Shown here in pieces: positions 51,020 to 64,000 of a DNA stretch of 64,000 nt (its first letter is position 1; each line of letters opens with the position of its first letter). The DNA comes from Epiperipatus broadwayi (taxonomy: Eukaryota; Animalia; Onychophora). The DNA is taken from contig JAQFVV010000003.1 in assembly GCA_028023455.1 (NCBI GenBank), forward strand, positions 15,562,001-15,626,000. The letters are read 5' to 3'. The position numbers and the translations under genes were made by a program. A model generated the notes under the pieces. The model ran no database searches and was not told the DNA's origin. It was given only the letters and a program-made list of their open reading frames with translations.

Positions 51020-52990
51020 TTTTAATCTCACTGTGGCTGTAGTTATTACTTATTTCTCTATTAAATATTTTCTACAGCTTTAAACTTCTGTTTTATATAG
51101 TATAGTGTTTATATTAAAAAATCATAGACTGCAAAGAATGGAGAAATAAAATTAATTCTGTTTAGAATACAACCAATATCACTTTTAACTAAAATCAATT
51201 GATTTGTTTTTTTTTTTAAAAAAAATAATAATAACAATCAGTTTTTATAATAAAATTAATTTGATTTTTTTATTGGAGGCATTATTTATAATATTTGTAT
51301 AAAAAAAATAGAAAAAATAGTCATAGATAACTAAAAATGGAGAAATATAAATTGTGTTTAGATTACAGTAGTGTGAGATACCAGTAAATCCTCAAAACGT
51401 TGCTTTAAACTCATTATATGTGAAAAAAAGTGTAAACTAATTGTATTTTTGCAATATGGTTATATCTAGAAAGTTACTAGGATGGAAGTTATCCAGTTTA
51501 TAAAATTCTATGAAATTAAGACATGAAAATTTTTAGTGATTTCTCATACTATTTATGGCGATTGAAAGTTAAAATTATGATGAAGCATATATAAAATAAT
51601 TTAAATGTAGAACTCTTGAACTATTAGTTATGCATATAACATGTTTTGCATTCATAGCCTGTTTTTTTGATTCTGAAAGAAATACACTATGAAATTATGG
51701 ATCCATCATTTTTTGAATTGCCTTTTCTTTTTTGCAGCAATCATTGACAATCGTGTGAATAGTGTTTTTTTTAATTTCAGACAATATTTTTATTATTTTA
51801 TTTTTAAAAATAAGTATATATTTTCTTTATTTTTTAATTTTTATAATTCTAAGTTTTTTTTTATTTTTTAAATTAAAAATATTTTAAAATGAATCAAGTT
51901 TGTCCTAGCCTTCTCCACTACTCATTCTTTTTTTTTAAAAAAAACCCTTTTCCCCAGAATGTCATCATTTGTAGAACTCTCAGAAACAAATAAATGTTAA
52001 TTCCTTTTTTTATATAAAATTTTAAACTATAAAATAAATTATTGTACTTTTTATAATGAATTAATAATTAGATAACAATATTTAATTTAAAAAGAGAATT
52101 GTATTTGATAAAAAGAATCATCAAATAGTTTTATTACTCAAGAATTCATAAGAAATTCAAACACCAAAATTAAAAAGATGTGTATAAAATGTGGACTTGA
52201 AGCTCCATAGTCTATTACTCTCCCATTAGATAGAATCATGAAGAATATCTTATTTAATTATTGTATAATATTAATTCTGATTTTTTAAAGATATATAATT
52301 ATTGTGATATTAAAATTATATATATAACAAAAGCATTGGAATTAACCTCACAATTTTCAATATACTAATAAATAAATAAAAGCTATAATCACCTTATAGC
52401 ATGACTGTCACATTAAATAACCATTATATGTTTTTATTTAATTTATTTTTGGTTTTTTTTGGGGGGTGGGTGGGTGTCTGTCTGTTTATCTGAGAAATAT
52501 TGTAACTCATTGTACTTTTTACATTATGACCATCTAGTTAAATTAAAATGTATCTAAAAAATTTATAAAAGATAAATATTGTTTACAAACGTTGCTGCTA
52601 TGAAAATTGTGGTATAGTAAATCTGAGATTTCGTGCCGTAATATATTATATTTATAACACAATGAATGATAATTGTATTTGTTTATATATTTAAAGCTTT
52701 CAAGCTAAGATGCTTAAGACTGGCTTATATATATAAAAGTTAAGTTTAGAAAAGGTGGGGTATCAACTTTTTCTATCAAAATCTCTGTCTCGTGTCTAAG
52801 CTTGATTATTTATTAGATATCTGTTTAAAATCTGATTGGCTTTCTCTGTTATAATTGTGCATGTGAGAAAGGCTAGCATACTTTCAATTTATTAAAAAGT
52901 AGAAAGTAAATAAATTAAAAAAAAAAGTTTATAAAGTTTGTTTTATTCATTTAAATGCAATAAAATGTCTTTAAAAGTGCACTAAGAGAT

Positions 52991-53214
52991 AAAAAATTAA
53001 TTTTCTTCAGCTTTCAGAAATAGAAACCCTAGGTAATTATGTTAGCAGTTCAGAGGTCAGATTCCCAAAGAATCATACTTACTTTCTTATATCACTACCA
53101 ATCTAGTCAAGACAGATATTAGTCACAAGTTTATTTAAATGATTCTTTGGAAATTCTAAATATGATTACCCCAGGGCTTTTTTTTATGTGAAAGCTGAAG
53201 AAAAATTATTTTTT
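52991..53214. repeat. Fold-back with about 55-bp imperfect arms
   Basis: 52991-53045 vs reverse complement of 53156-53214. Confidence 0.6.
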
Positions 53215-53361
53215 ACTTTGTAAATAAAAGCATTTCTTTTAGTATATATATATTTAAATTCTAAATGTAAATTGTAACTCAGGATGACAATTATTCCATA
53301 AGCTAACTATAGCTTTTATTTATTTAATGATATATTCTATTTAGAAGATAATAAACCTTTT

Positions 53362-53494
53362 TCACTAGTGCTGCACATAATATTAAATCACTGATGTTAA
53401 ATGTGAGGATATTCCTATTCCAGCCACAAGATAATGATTGAGAATATCCTTGCATTTAACATTGTTGATTTACTATTATGTACAGCACTAGTGA
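53362..53494. repeat. Fold-back with about 55-bp imperfect arms
   Basis: tcactagtgctgcacataat...gaggatattc / gaatatcctt...attatgtacagcactagtga. Confidence 0.65.
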
Positions 53495-53932
53495 GGAATA
53501 TCTATTACCTTGTAAATAGAATTACAATCTGACACTGTGCTAGTAAAATTTATTGATTATTATTTATATATTGAAAATTGTATAATTCATTCCAGTGGTT
53601 TTTTAAAATTTTGATCTGATATCACATATATTTATATACATACACACAATATGTGCACGCACACATTTTGAAAATAGTTGATGTTCAATGTTTTGAGTTA
53701 TAATAACTAATTTGGATGTAAAGCTAATGATCAAGTTGCACTTTATGTATACAGTATTTTAGTGAATAATCATTAAATTGTTTCTATTTATATTTTTAAT
53801 AAAATTTCCTTTTATCATTTTACATATCCATCTTTTATTCTTTCTGTTCTTTTGAAAAATGGTGGAGGAGGTCACTTATTATTATTATTATTTAACAAAA
53901 CTTCAAATCTAGTATATTAATAAAGTAATTCC

Positions 53933-53985
53933 ATTATTATAAAGCGCTGAAAACTTTGAAATTATTGACTTCCGTTTGAATAATT
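53933..53985. repeat. Family C collapsed copy (inverted tail fused to element end)
   Basis: taaagcgctgaaaactttgaaattatt approximates the reverse complement of 28150-28180; followed by gacttccgtttgaataatt. Confidence 0.6.
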
Positions 53986-56900
53986 TTATATTAATAAAGT
54001 TAAAAATGCAAAATATAATGTAAAATTATATTAGATTTTTTTAAAAAGTATTAACATTAAAAATATTGACGTATTTGCCTTGTTATTCTTTAGTGTTCAT
54101 TTAAAACACCCACATAGTAAAAGATTTTATGCAATGATATTAAAAAGAAAGAAAAATTAAGTACATGTTTAATATAGATAGGGTTTAATTAATGTTCATT
54201 TCATCATTTTGTTAGGTGATAATAAGAAAAACCATGCTGAGATTTACCACTTAACAATTTTTTTTTTAAAAAAATTGAATTGAAGTCTTTTACATAAAGC
54301 AACATTTTGTGGAAAAAGTTTTCATATTAGTGATGTTCAAGTCGCGATTCATATATTAGGCATAATCTTTGCAGTCGCCCAATTGTTATTTATACTCTGT
54401 GCATTTTTACTCAATAGTAGAGTGCAAGCATCGAACTAAAAGTTCCAGGAATCATTCTTATTTGAATAATATAAATGAAACTCAAGTCACTGCTAATAAA
54501 AATGAAACTGTTAAATTCTTAATCTGCTATTTGAGTGTTTGAAATTTTCATGGTCTACTGAGCAACTAACTATATTATTTTTATTATTACCGTAATTTTG
54601 CTTATAGACCAATATTTTTTAAAAAATATTTCACACAAAGCAATAAATCTGTCATTATTATTACTGAAGAGCATTAAAGCAGATTACTAAGCTCAAATAA
54701 AAGAGTGAATATTGTACATAAGACTGTGGGTGACTTATATTTATAATATTAATCAATAATGAAATCTGTCATTGATTCTAGAAACTACCTTATAAGAATT
54801 GAATTAAATAAAAGAACACTAAATAGCAGTGAAACTAGATTTTAATGGCCACTTTTTATCTTAGCTTACTTCAGATGAGAGTGCTGATTTTTATCATATT
54901 TGTCTAAATGATTTGGAAATTTTAAACACACTAAAATTTTAATCCAAGGTAAACTCAAAAATACTTGTACTTATTATATAACAGGTTAATAAAATGTAAT
55001 ATGACTTGAAGTCAATCTTTGTAGTTATATACTGTACACAACTCTCAGTCAATGAAGTTATTTCATTCTATTGTCATTGAATTCATTATTAGACACAGAA
55101 ATTGCTGAAACTGTCACAACCACTAACAGCCATTTCAATCACAGAATCTATCTCAATTCTGTAATCATTGTAATTGCTGTCAGGCCTGCAATTGCTGAAG
55201 TAATCACAGCTACTAACATCCATATCAAAAATTAACAATTGAAATTATTTCAATTATGACACTACCTCAACCCTGACGGTATTGAGCTATTATTACCATT
55301 TCAATTTCTGTAGCTATTATAACCACAGAACATCTATCTCAGAACTTAACATCTGAAATCATGTCAACTACTGAATCTATTACTATTACTAACAGTTACC
55401 TCAACTACTGATCCTATTCCAATCTTAAAATCATAACAATAGTTTTAAAATTTGTTGAACATAAAACATTCTCCAGCAGATTCAAAATATTAGAGTTAAT
55501 AAAAATGTCATTCACATTTAGAAATTAAAAAAAGAAAAACTAAATTGCTCTAAAAAGAAGTCAACCCCAAAAAAACTTTTTTAAAAAACTGAAAGTTTAA
55601 AGAAAAATCATGCTAAAAAATTCTCTACAGATGAAAAAAAAATTTCCAAGCTAGATAAGATAGTAGATTTCTAATCTATAGTAGATTTCTAAATCTTATT
55701 TGACTAATCTTGCAGCAAAATTACTTAAAATATAGTTTATATTGGTTTATTTCTTAGCACTTTCTTCAGTGCAAAATCATTGACAAAGAATAACTCATTA
55801 AAACTCATTACTCTGATCCTTAGCGTCTCTCTGATTGAAAATAAAAAAATGAAAAGTTACTCTAATTAAGACCTCACTTATAAAAAAAGTGAGACTTTTA
55901 CAATAACCACAATATTTGGTCAATTGTTTTTGTTAACATTATTTTTTACATATTGTGCAACATATTTGAAATGTAATTTTCTGTAAGATATTGACAGTAC
56001 TGCAAAAGAATGTTGGAAATGTATTAGTAATATGTGGTTTTCAAAATCCAACCAACTTAAATTTTATTGATTCGGATATTGTATTTTTCCCACTGTTAAT
56101 GGATGAGTTTTTATTTAGGAAGAAAGTGATTTTGGAAAAAAGCCTTTCAGAATTATTCCAATTAATGATGAAATATTTTTGTTCAAAAATCTATTAAATT
56201 TTATAAGTTTAATTTAATATGCATTTTTATTTATATATGTGTGTGTGTGAGAGAGAGCGTTTGTGTGGGTTCATGAAAGCAATATCAAATATATAAACTA
56301 ACTAAAGGAAATGTATAAATAAATAAAACAAGCCCAATTACTTCTCTGCACAACCATTTTTAATATTTCAACCAGAAGACAGGTTTTCATCTGAAATTAT
56401 AGCAAAGTGACTGCCTTTAAAATTTAAACTTGAAAAATCATTTGCTTATCTTATAAACATAATAAATTCCTATAGATTAATAATTTTTTTTGATCAATCA
56501 ACTTGGTGAACCATTGTAATAAATATCTAATAGTTATTTTTTTTCCAAAAAAAAAAAACATTAACTATTTTCTTATCAAACTTTACAAAAATAATAATTA
56601 ATTAATTATAAAACAAAATATATATATATCTGTGCACCAAATGTATACAAAAAAATAAAATCCTATAGAAACATTTAAAATTCCACAGATTATCTAAAAT
56701 CTATTTTTCCAACCCATCTAAAGTTTAATATTGAAGACCCAAAATTCTTAAGACAGACCTGCAAAAAAAAAATATTTTATTACTAATTTTGAATCAGAAA
56801 AAATGATGTTTTTCATGTGGCAATAAAATATATCTTACATGCAAACATATTATTTATAAAAATACTTCAAAATATTATCATTAATGATATTAAATGCTAT

Positions 56901-57149
56901 ATTGTAAAAGCATAAACTTAATATATTTTATAGAATGTAACATATGCTTGAACCATTATGTAGATAAATTGGCAAACAGTCTATTAAAATAACTATCCAT
57001 AACTTTAATATTTTGCATAAAAGTGAAGATATACCAGTTTTTAATCACTTTAATGTACCAGACATATCACTCAATTTACAATTTAAGCGTGTCATCCATC
57101 CAACGCAGCCTCATCTGGCATAGCAGTAATTATTAAGAAGAACTCTAAA

Positions 57150-60080
57150 TTAGACAGATACAGAACTTTGTATCTTAGTCAAGATCTATTAATAATTGAA
57201 ATTACAATTACAAATGTATCAGTGATCCTTATATATACATACCTTCAAAAGGGCCCCAGATTGGGTGAATACACAATTAATATGATTAACTCAGTCTTGG
57301 TCTCATCAGTGTTGCCAATAATATTATTTGTGGGCTTTAACGTGAGCTATCATCAATTTAATCGGAGATATCTGCATATGATTAATAGGGTGCTGTTGTG
57401 TGGTGAAGAATGTTTCCCACAAAATGCTTTTTCCGGCTACACACAGAACTCTAATCAATTTACTCTATTACAGTGGTGAAATTTATCATGATTTAGAAGC
57501 TGACCTACAATTGGTAACTTATTTTGATAATTTAGCCATGTTAATTTCCCTAAATGTAGACCCTCTATCACTGACTCCCATAATCAACATGAAAACAATC
57601 AGAATATTAAATAAAGAAAATACACCTGAATGGATATTCTCCAAGGTGTATATCCTCTTCCACAAGATCCAGCTCTTTTCCATGAATCCAATGCAGTCAT
57701 GGTCGGCATTTGTGGGAATCTTAGGTTCTCGATCTCAACACCTTCAGCAGGAAAACCAAGGGGCCCACAAGACTGCTGAAGGATCTGGATACCATAGCAG
57801 AAAGAATCAGTGAGCTAACAACTATGGAGGCCAGGGTGGAAGAGATCCTTAGCCTCAAAAAGCAATATAGAGATAAACAGAAGGTGCTTGCAAATTATAT
57901 TGCAGTAAAAAAAGTGAAGATCTATTTATCCATAAAAAAATGATGCAAAGCTACCTGAGATGGGCCATTGGTGCATGAAGAAGATCCACACCTTCAATGC
58001 TGTCCATAGATAATTATAACTATATAGGAAGCACTATGTTGGAGAAAATCGATGATCACTTTAGGGAGAAGTTGCAAAATTCCAGTTATGAGATTGGAAA
58101 ATGTTTGGCAAGATGACCCAGTGTTGCAAGATCATGCCATTACTGAGTGAAAAATTCTCCATTGGCTGAGGTCTTAACCAGAACATGTATATCCAGGCCA
58201 TCACGGGATACCGCGATATGTCTTCTTGCACTTGAGTAATTTGGTATGCTGGCCGGGGAATTTCAGATCATCCCCAACCTGTACCCTATTACACTTGTAC
58301 CTTTTCTCAAAAAGCCATTGAATCCATCTCTATTAACTAATTTAAGACCCATATCAGTAACCCCATTATTAATAACAATCATCGAATCACTTGTTAAGGA
58401 TAAGATCCAACATCGGCTGCTCAGTAAAATTTTCTTACACCAATTTCCCCACAAGGGATCATCCACCGTTGAGGCAGTAAGGAGATTTGCCTTATTGGTG
58501 GAGTATATAAGGACCAAAAAGACATCAGTATCTATTGTGGTGCAGGTGGACTTCATAACAGCATTGTGCAAAATTTATTCTCAATTTTGGAGTACTATGG
58601 AGTACCCAAAGTCTACATCAGAATTATAGCAAATCTGCTGCTAAATAGATCAATATATACATCATTGGATGGCTCTTTGGCCCCAGGGTTTAAACCACAT
58701 CTATCAATACCCCAGGGGTCACCTCTTACCACCTTGTTTCATAGCCTATATAAACCCTCTATTAACAGCTATTGAGAAACATCTTCCTGGGTGTTTGTCC
58801 CAGTGCTAGGGGAGAAAGTTCATCACATATCATATGTTGATGACACTACAGTCTTCCTCCCCTTGCATAAATGCTTGCCCAAACTATATAAACTGCTGGA
58901 TGAAAACACTGAGAGATATGGGCTAAGAATAAACTCTTGAGAAATCTGCTACTTGGAAGATCCATCAGCGACAGCAATTCCTTCAAAATTCTTGGGAAAA
59001 CCTCAAAACTTTCTTGGATTTCCCATGGTGCTGTCCAGGTCAGCTATGAGAAGAGCACTGTAAAACAGCATTTTAGAAAAAACCAAAGAGGTTGCAAGTG
59101 CTCTCTCAGGGATCTACTTATCACTCCTGGGTAAGGCAGTACTGATTAACATGATCGTGTCTGTGAATTAATTACTTCATGCCACTTCTTAAACTAACCA
59201 GGTCCTTTCAGAATGCAGTAAACTCAGTCTGCGCTGGCATCTTGTGGAAGAGAGAAACAGTAACCATCAGTTTAACCTAGATGCAAAGACTGAAAAACCT
59301 GAATGGCTCAGGTTGCATGATCTTAACATCTTTTTCATTCAGAAATCCCTATCAATGCTTAAGGTGATGAATGCAAGATTGCCAGTGGACTCATTACAGG
59401 ATGAGATTGAACCTACTGACATGCCATCACTCATACAAAGTAAGTGGGCCATGGAGCTGCTAGCATATGTCAACAAATTCTTCAAAGTTACAGCATCAAT
59501 TATTGACAATACTAACATTTACTGGCAAGTTTATAAATACATGCATGCAAACATTACTGAATTAACTACTGAGCTTGATCTATCTACCAGATTACTAATC
59601 AGGAAATTAAAATTTTGCTACTTGGAAGCCAATCATATTGACTTTATCATAAAATTTAATTTGAAAGCCTTGCCAATGAATCATTTTTTGGTAAATCATT
59701 GACATTTCTCTAAAATAGAACCACTATGTAGCTTATGTAAAGTAGCGGATGAAACTATTGGATATATTTTTTACTGCTTGCCCATTTTTGAGTCCTGCTA
59801 GGCAAAATATAACCAGAGTACTGCCAGCTAACATGAAAATTCTAAGAATCAAGGACGCTATAATGAATGATGTTTTTGCTGCGATTAGAATGGTAATGTT
59901 CCTGCTTTTTGCCGTGTGGTTAACTAGGAATTATTTTCTTTTTAAGCAAGGACCATGGGAGGCATGTAAAAAAATTATTCAGACTATGTTCAGGGATTGC
60001 TTATTAACACAGAAAAAGCTCTTCGGGGACACTTAAGGGCAACTTAGGCCACTGGATGAAGAGCCTATCCTCAGGCATGC
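57150..60080 (+). mobile_element. Degenerate L1/Tx1-like LINE ORF2 (endonuclease remnants, RT, C-terminal zinc motif)
   Basis: ICG(D)FNV; TNLRPISV; IPQGSPL; SYVDDTTVF; CSLCKVADETIGYIFYC; VWLTRN; multiple frameshifts. Confidence 0.88.
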
Positions 60081-63000
60081 TAATTAAATATTAATTCAAG
60101 GTTAGAAAATAAATGGTTCAATTAGATGGAGTATAACAAAGGATAGATGCCAATCAAAATATGGAGTGCATAATGATCATTGGCTAAGTCACTAAATGAA
60201 AAGCCAGTTGTTCTGATATAAAATACTAGTTACATAATAATTATAGACTAAGTTTGAACAATGAGCTTCTTGCCCTGATCGTGAAATTAATTTCTCATAA
60301 TAATAACTAATGTATCAAATGGGTAAATTTTCTAATTTGGAAAATTATTTACTAATGATTGTTATAATAAGTGTAACAAAGCTAAACAAATGTATACCAA
60401 CAAGATTTATATTGTATTTGTACGTGTATTTTCCTTAATAATATATAAAAAAAAAGATTGTCATATTGCAGAAGAATTTTTTCTTCACAAGTGAAAGAAA
60501 ACAAAAAAAAAAGTTTTTTATTTATAAATTTAAGACTACATCCTCATAGTGTGAACATAACCATAATGCACTATTACATCCTTAAATTATCTAGTTTTTT
60601 AATGCTTTTTTATTCATTAATTATTTTTGTTTAATATGTTAATCATTAAGATATATATATATATTTGAGATTTAATATGAATATAAATTTTTTGTATTCA
60701 TGACATATATGTTTTTTTGTTTGTAATTAATGAGCTATTATAAAAATTATGATAAGAAAAACTATATGATATTTATCTCAATGGATCACCAGTTGATTGA
60801 ACGACTAAAAAAAATTATTGACCTATTGGGATTTATTATGTTACTCAATAGACAAAAGATTTTTAATACACTACCATATGCTGACTATAGCAAAGGAAAT
60901 TATTTTTTAATTTTATGTAGGCATTTTTAATTTTGTAAAATTATTTTAGTTGATTTTTTTATTTTTATACTCATATCATTTGATATTATATATACCGTAA
61001 TGGCCAGATACATTTCAACTTCTATTTAGAAAGGAAGTTTTGAAATACTTATGGGTTTTGTCAGGCAATACACAATATCCTTATTCTCATTTGTCATCTA
61101 TTTGGTCACATTGGATTACAACAGAATCCAGGATTACTAGAAAAGGCCTTGATTCTACACCTTTAAATATCTTTCTAGTATAATGTTTATGTCCTATATA
61201 TAATTTAATTATTTAACTAAATGTATTGTGATGGTCCAGGTTTTTCATCAGAAGAGAAGCATATCTAACTATAGTCGGACCTAGGATCTTTGGGTTGGAT
61301 GCCAAGACTGATACAGTGAAGTAACTACCCAATGATCATGCCTACTTCCAATGGGTTACTTCTAGGTTTACACATTAAATCCAGACACAATTTAGCCTAG
61401 TTCATCAATACATCACCTTTCTTTCAGATTCCACACATGCCTCAGAATTCAAACCCAGAGAGAATGTTGCACTTGGCTCTCTTCAGCAATGAATTTATCT
61501 TGGTTAGAAATTACAGTACATTTACATAGGTTCCAATCTAGTAGAAGACTCATTTAATCATATTGCTGTATTATAATGTAGAGTAACATGTGTGTGGGTG
61601 CACATATGTATGGTGGTGAACTGATGAGTGGGTGAATAAATAATCTTAATAAACTAGAGACAATTTAATGAGGATCAAATTGACATTGTTTATTTACAAA
61701 TGAAATAAAAATGGCAGGAAAAAATAATAATTATATACATGTGTGTGTGTCAAGTTCCCTGTCATATTAACAATTAAATATATTCATTATACCAACCCTT
61801 CCCTTGATAAACATATACAAAGTAGGTAAAAATAATGAGAAACGAAAGAAAACACTAATTCAATGTTACAATGATTATGAAGCTAACTATTTAAAAAAAA
61901 TATAAAAATGTATTCAGTAGCTTCTCGGTTTAATTCCAACTATTCATGCAAGAATGGTAGTCATTCATACTGAATAAACAAATATGAACAATGGTTAGTC
62001 AACAAAAATAAATAAACAATATAAACTCTGTCCTATAGCAAGTGTATGTTTTTTCGATATGGAACAATAATGAATAAAGTCTTATCTTCATTCCATATTG
62101 TAATAAGGATTCTGTTGGTAATCAACCATAATGTAATGTTACTACAGAGGGAGAGTTACCTAAACTTTATTTAATAAGATAAAAAAAAAAAATCTAGATT
62201 AACAACTTTCTTCCCCGCATTTTCTTTACTTTAGCTACAATGGACTTTTCCAAGTTACAGAAGTTTGTGTTCCCAAATACAAAAGTAAAAAAAAAGAAAA
62301 TACAGAATTCTACAAATGTACACATAATTAAAAAAATATCACACTACAAATTAATACTTTCTTCAAGCTAATTGCCATAATGTTTGCGAATAAGGCAACT
62401 AATGTCTCTGATAGATACAGCCTGTCATTGTTCCATTCATGGAAAACCATGCTTTCCTCACAGAAACTCCTCAGTGACATATTCAGAATCATGTTATTTT
62501 CATCTCTTCTTGTTGTTTTACTTTCTGAACCCATCTGGATGTTTTAGATGAGGTATTTGATGTTTCAGTAGGCATTACCCACTTGAATATTAAACCATTG
62601 CATTCACTATGGTTAGGGATGACAACAGTTAGCCCTACAGCACTATTGAATTAACCGGAAAACATCATTTTGCAGCATATAAACAGTTACAATCTTCTTA
62701 ATTCAGTACTTGTTGTTAAACGATTCTTATAATAATAGAATTATTCCATTGTTTATATATAATTACTCTGATGACATTCTAATTTGTTCTTTTATTCATA
62801 TTTGAAGAATGGCACAGTCCTTTTTATTTTAAATATCTATTTAAATCAGCTCTATTACTTATTAAAATTGTTTTTGTTTAACTATCGGCTGTAGTTTATT
62901 GCAATTTGTTTTACAAGAATCCAACAAATAATTTGAAATGTTCGAATAAGCCATCCTTTTTCTTCACGATTTGAACATTTGATTTTCCAATGTTGTTTTT

Positions 63001-63504
63001 ATACAGTCTTTACCTTATTTTAGAATGGTAAAAAGATGATGAAAATGTATTAGGTTTGCTTTTATACTGCTCTCAGCTTCCATTGTCCAATATACTAGCA
63101 TCTTATTTCTTTTTCTATTTCTGTGTTAACCTTATTGTTGCATGTATTACATTAATTATAAGCAAAATAAAATTACATAGTATAATTATGCTTTCATCTT
63201 CCATATTTGGTTACCTAGTGACTGGTTTGACATTAGGTCATTACCATGCTTACTTAGTCCAAGTCTTTTAAAATGAGAATTAAATGAATATAGTATTGCA
63301 TGTGTTGAACATATTAAAAAAATTTCAAATTTTCTGTTATTTATAATCTTTATATTTTTTATAAAATAAATACAAAACAACCATGAGTTAAAATTCTTAC
63401 ATTAAATATTAATTTTCTTTATAAATATATCATAACTGAGTGGTTGGTTCATCTTAATTTAATATTAATAAAAAATGACTGATCATATATCTACTGATTT
63501 AGGT

Positions 63505-63730
63505 GCAGAGTAAGTTATCTATAAATCTTACCAATAATACTAACTAAATCTATATTGGATTGTCTCATGTGCACAATAACTTATCTACAATCCATTGCCT
63601 AAATTATGAATTTCTACTGTGTTGAACTGGATTATATGCAGAGCAAGTTACCTACAATCCACTGCGTAAATAACAAATTTATTATTATATTGGGTTGGTT
63701 TGTGAGTGGGAAAAATTATCTGCAATCTAT
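63505..63730 (+). repeat. Degenerate minisatellite, about 4 units of 65-70 bp
   Basis: gcagagtaagttatctataaatc-like core at about 63505, 63570, 63638 and 63709. Confidence 0.5.
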
Positions 63731-64000
63731 AATATTCTACATCATTTATTCCCTTTATTGTAATATAAAAACTCTTACTTTTTAGAGAACCTCAAGATAT
63801 ATTCATATTCAGTCTCACTGAATGTTCACCAAAACTTATAACTATACTATAACCTTACTGATTAGAAGGTATAAGTAATTAAAAAAACCTATATTCAGCA
63901 TAACATAATCTCTATTTGATTGCATATGATATTATTCTCTTATATATTCTTTTAAATATCTCCTCAAATACTTACTATATACTAATAATAACTGAGTTTA

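Noticed and set aside
53005-53040. AG/GT-bounded 15-nt micro-exon candidate (EIETL)
   Set aside because: It is one arm of an inverted repeat (52991-53214), so more likely TE sequence
57270-57320. CTGATGAGAC on the - strand resembling a hammerhead
   Set aside because: No GAAA or stem I; lies inside LINE endonuclease coding remnants
61425-61502. Strong + strand acceptor followed by IPHMPQNSNPERMLHLALFSNEFIL
   Set aside because: Open only in phase 0 while the last confident exon ends in phase 1; weak donor; cannot be linked
1511-63380. Most short ORFs in the supplied track (e.g. 1511, 2785, 28898, 38177, 44503, 51689, 63056) and antisense ORFs over LINEs (5233, 11949, 58263)
   Set aside because: Low-complexity F/I/L/Y/K-rich translations of AT-rich DNA, repeat sequence, or shadow frames of real TE ORFs
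63505-63730. CRISPR array
   Set aside because: Eukaryotic intron context, repeats not identical, spacers related to each other, no cas genes

Overview
Very AT-rich eukaryotic (invertebrate animal-like) genomic DNA. There are no prokaryotic operons, CRISPR arrays or rRNA genes. The window lies inside one long + strand gene, from which I can splice 10 phase-compatible exons (504-50288, 1225 nt, about 408 aa, both gene ends outside or unresolved). They encode a cupredoxin-like domain, a CHB_HEX_C/Fn3_assoc-like domain and two FN3 domains. The large introns hold decayed mobile DNA: hAT transposons, a LINE with an SGNH-esterase ORF1, an L1/Tx1-like LINE, an RTE tail, a Ty3/Gypsy fragment, a solo LTR and SINE pieces. 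The most notable signal is a dense set of Penelope-like element (PLE) remnants and small non-coding PLE-style repeats carrying minimal type-I hammerhead ribozyme (HHR) motifs from several unrelated families. These include a U3-A8 covariant core, a family with U at position 9 in 421-bp tandem units inserted in (TA)n, and a 7-copy family with 11-15-bp TSDs, variable 5' inversions and a fixed 3' tail. One copy of that family starts at the predicted self-cleavage site. Many long fold-back palindromes are also present. All calls were made by eye from sequence, and ribozyme activity is untested.
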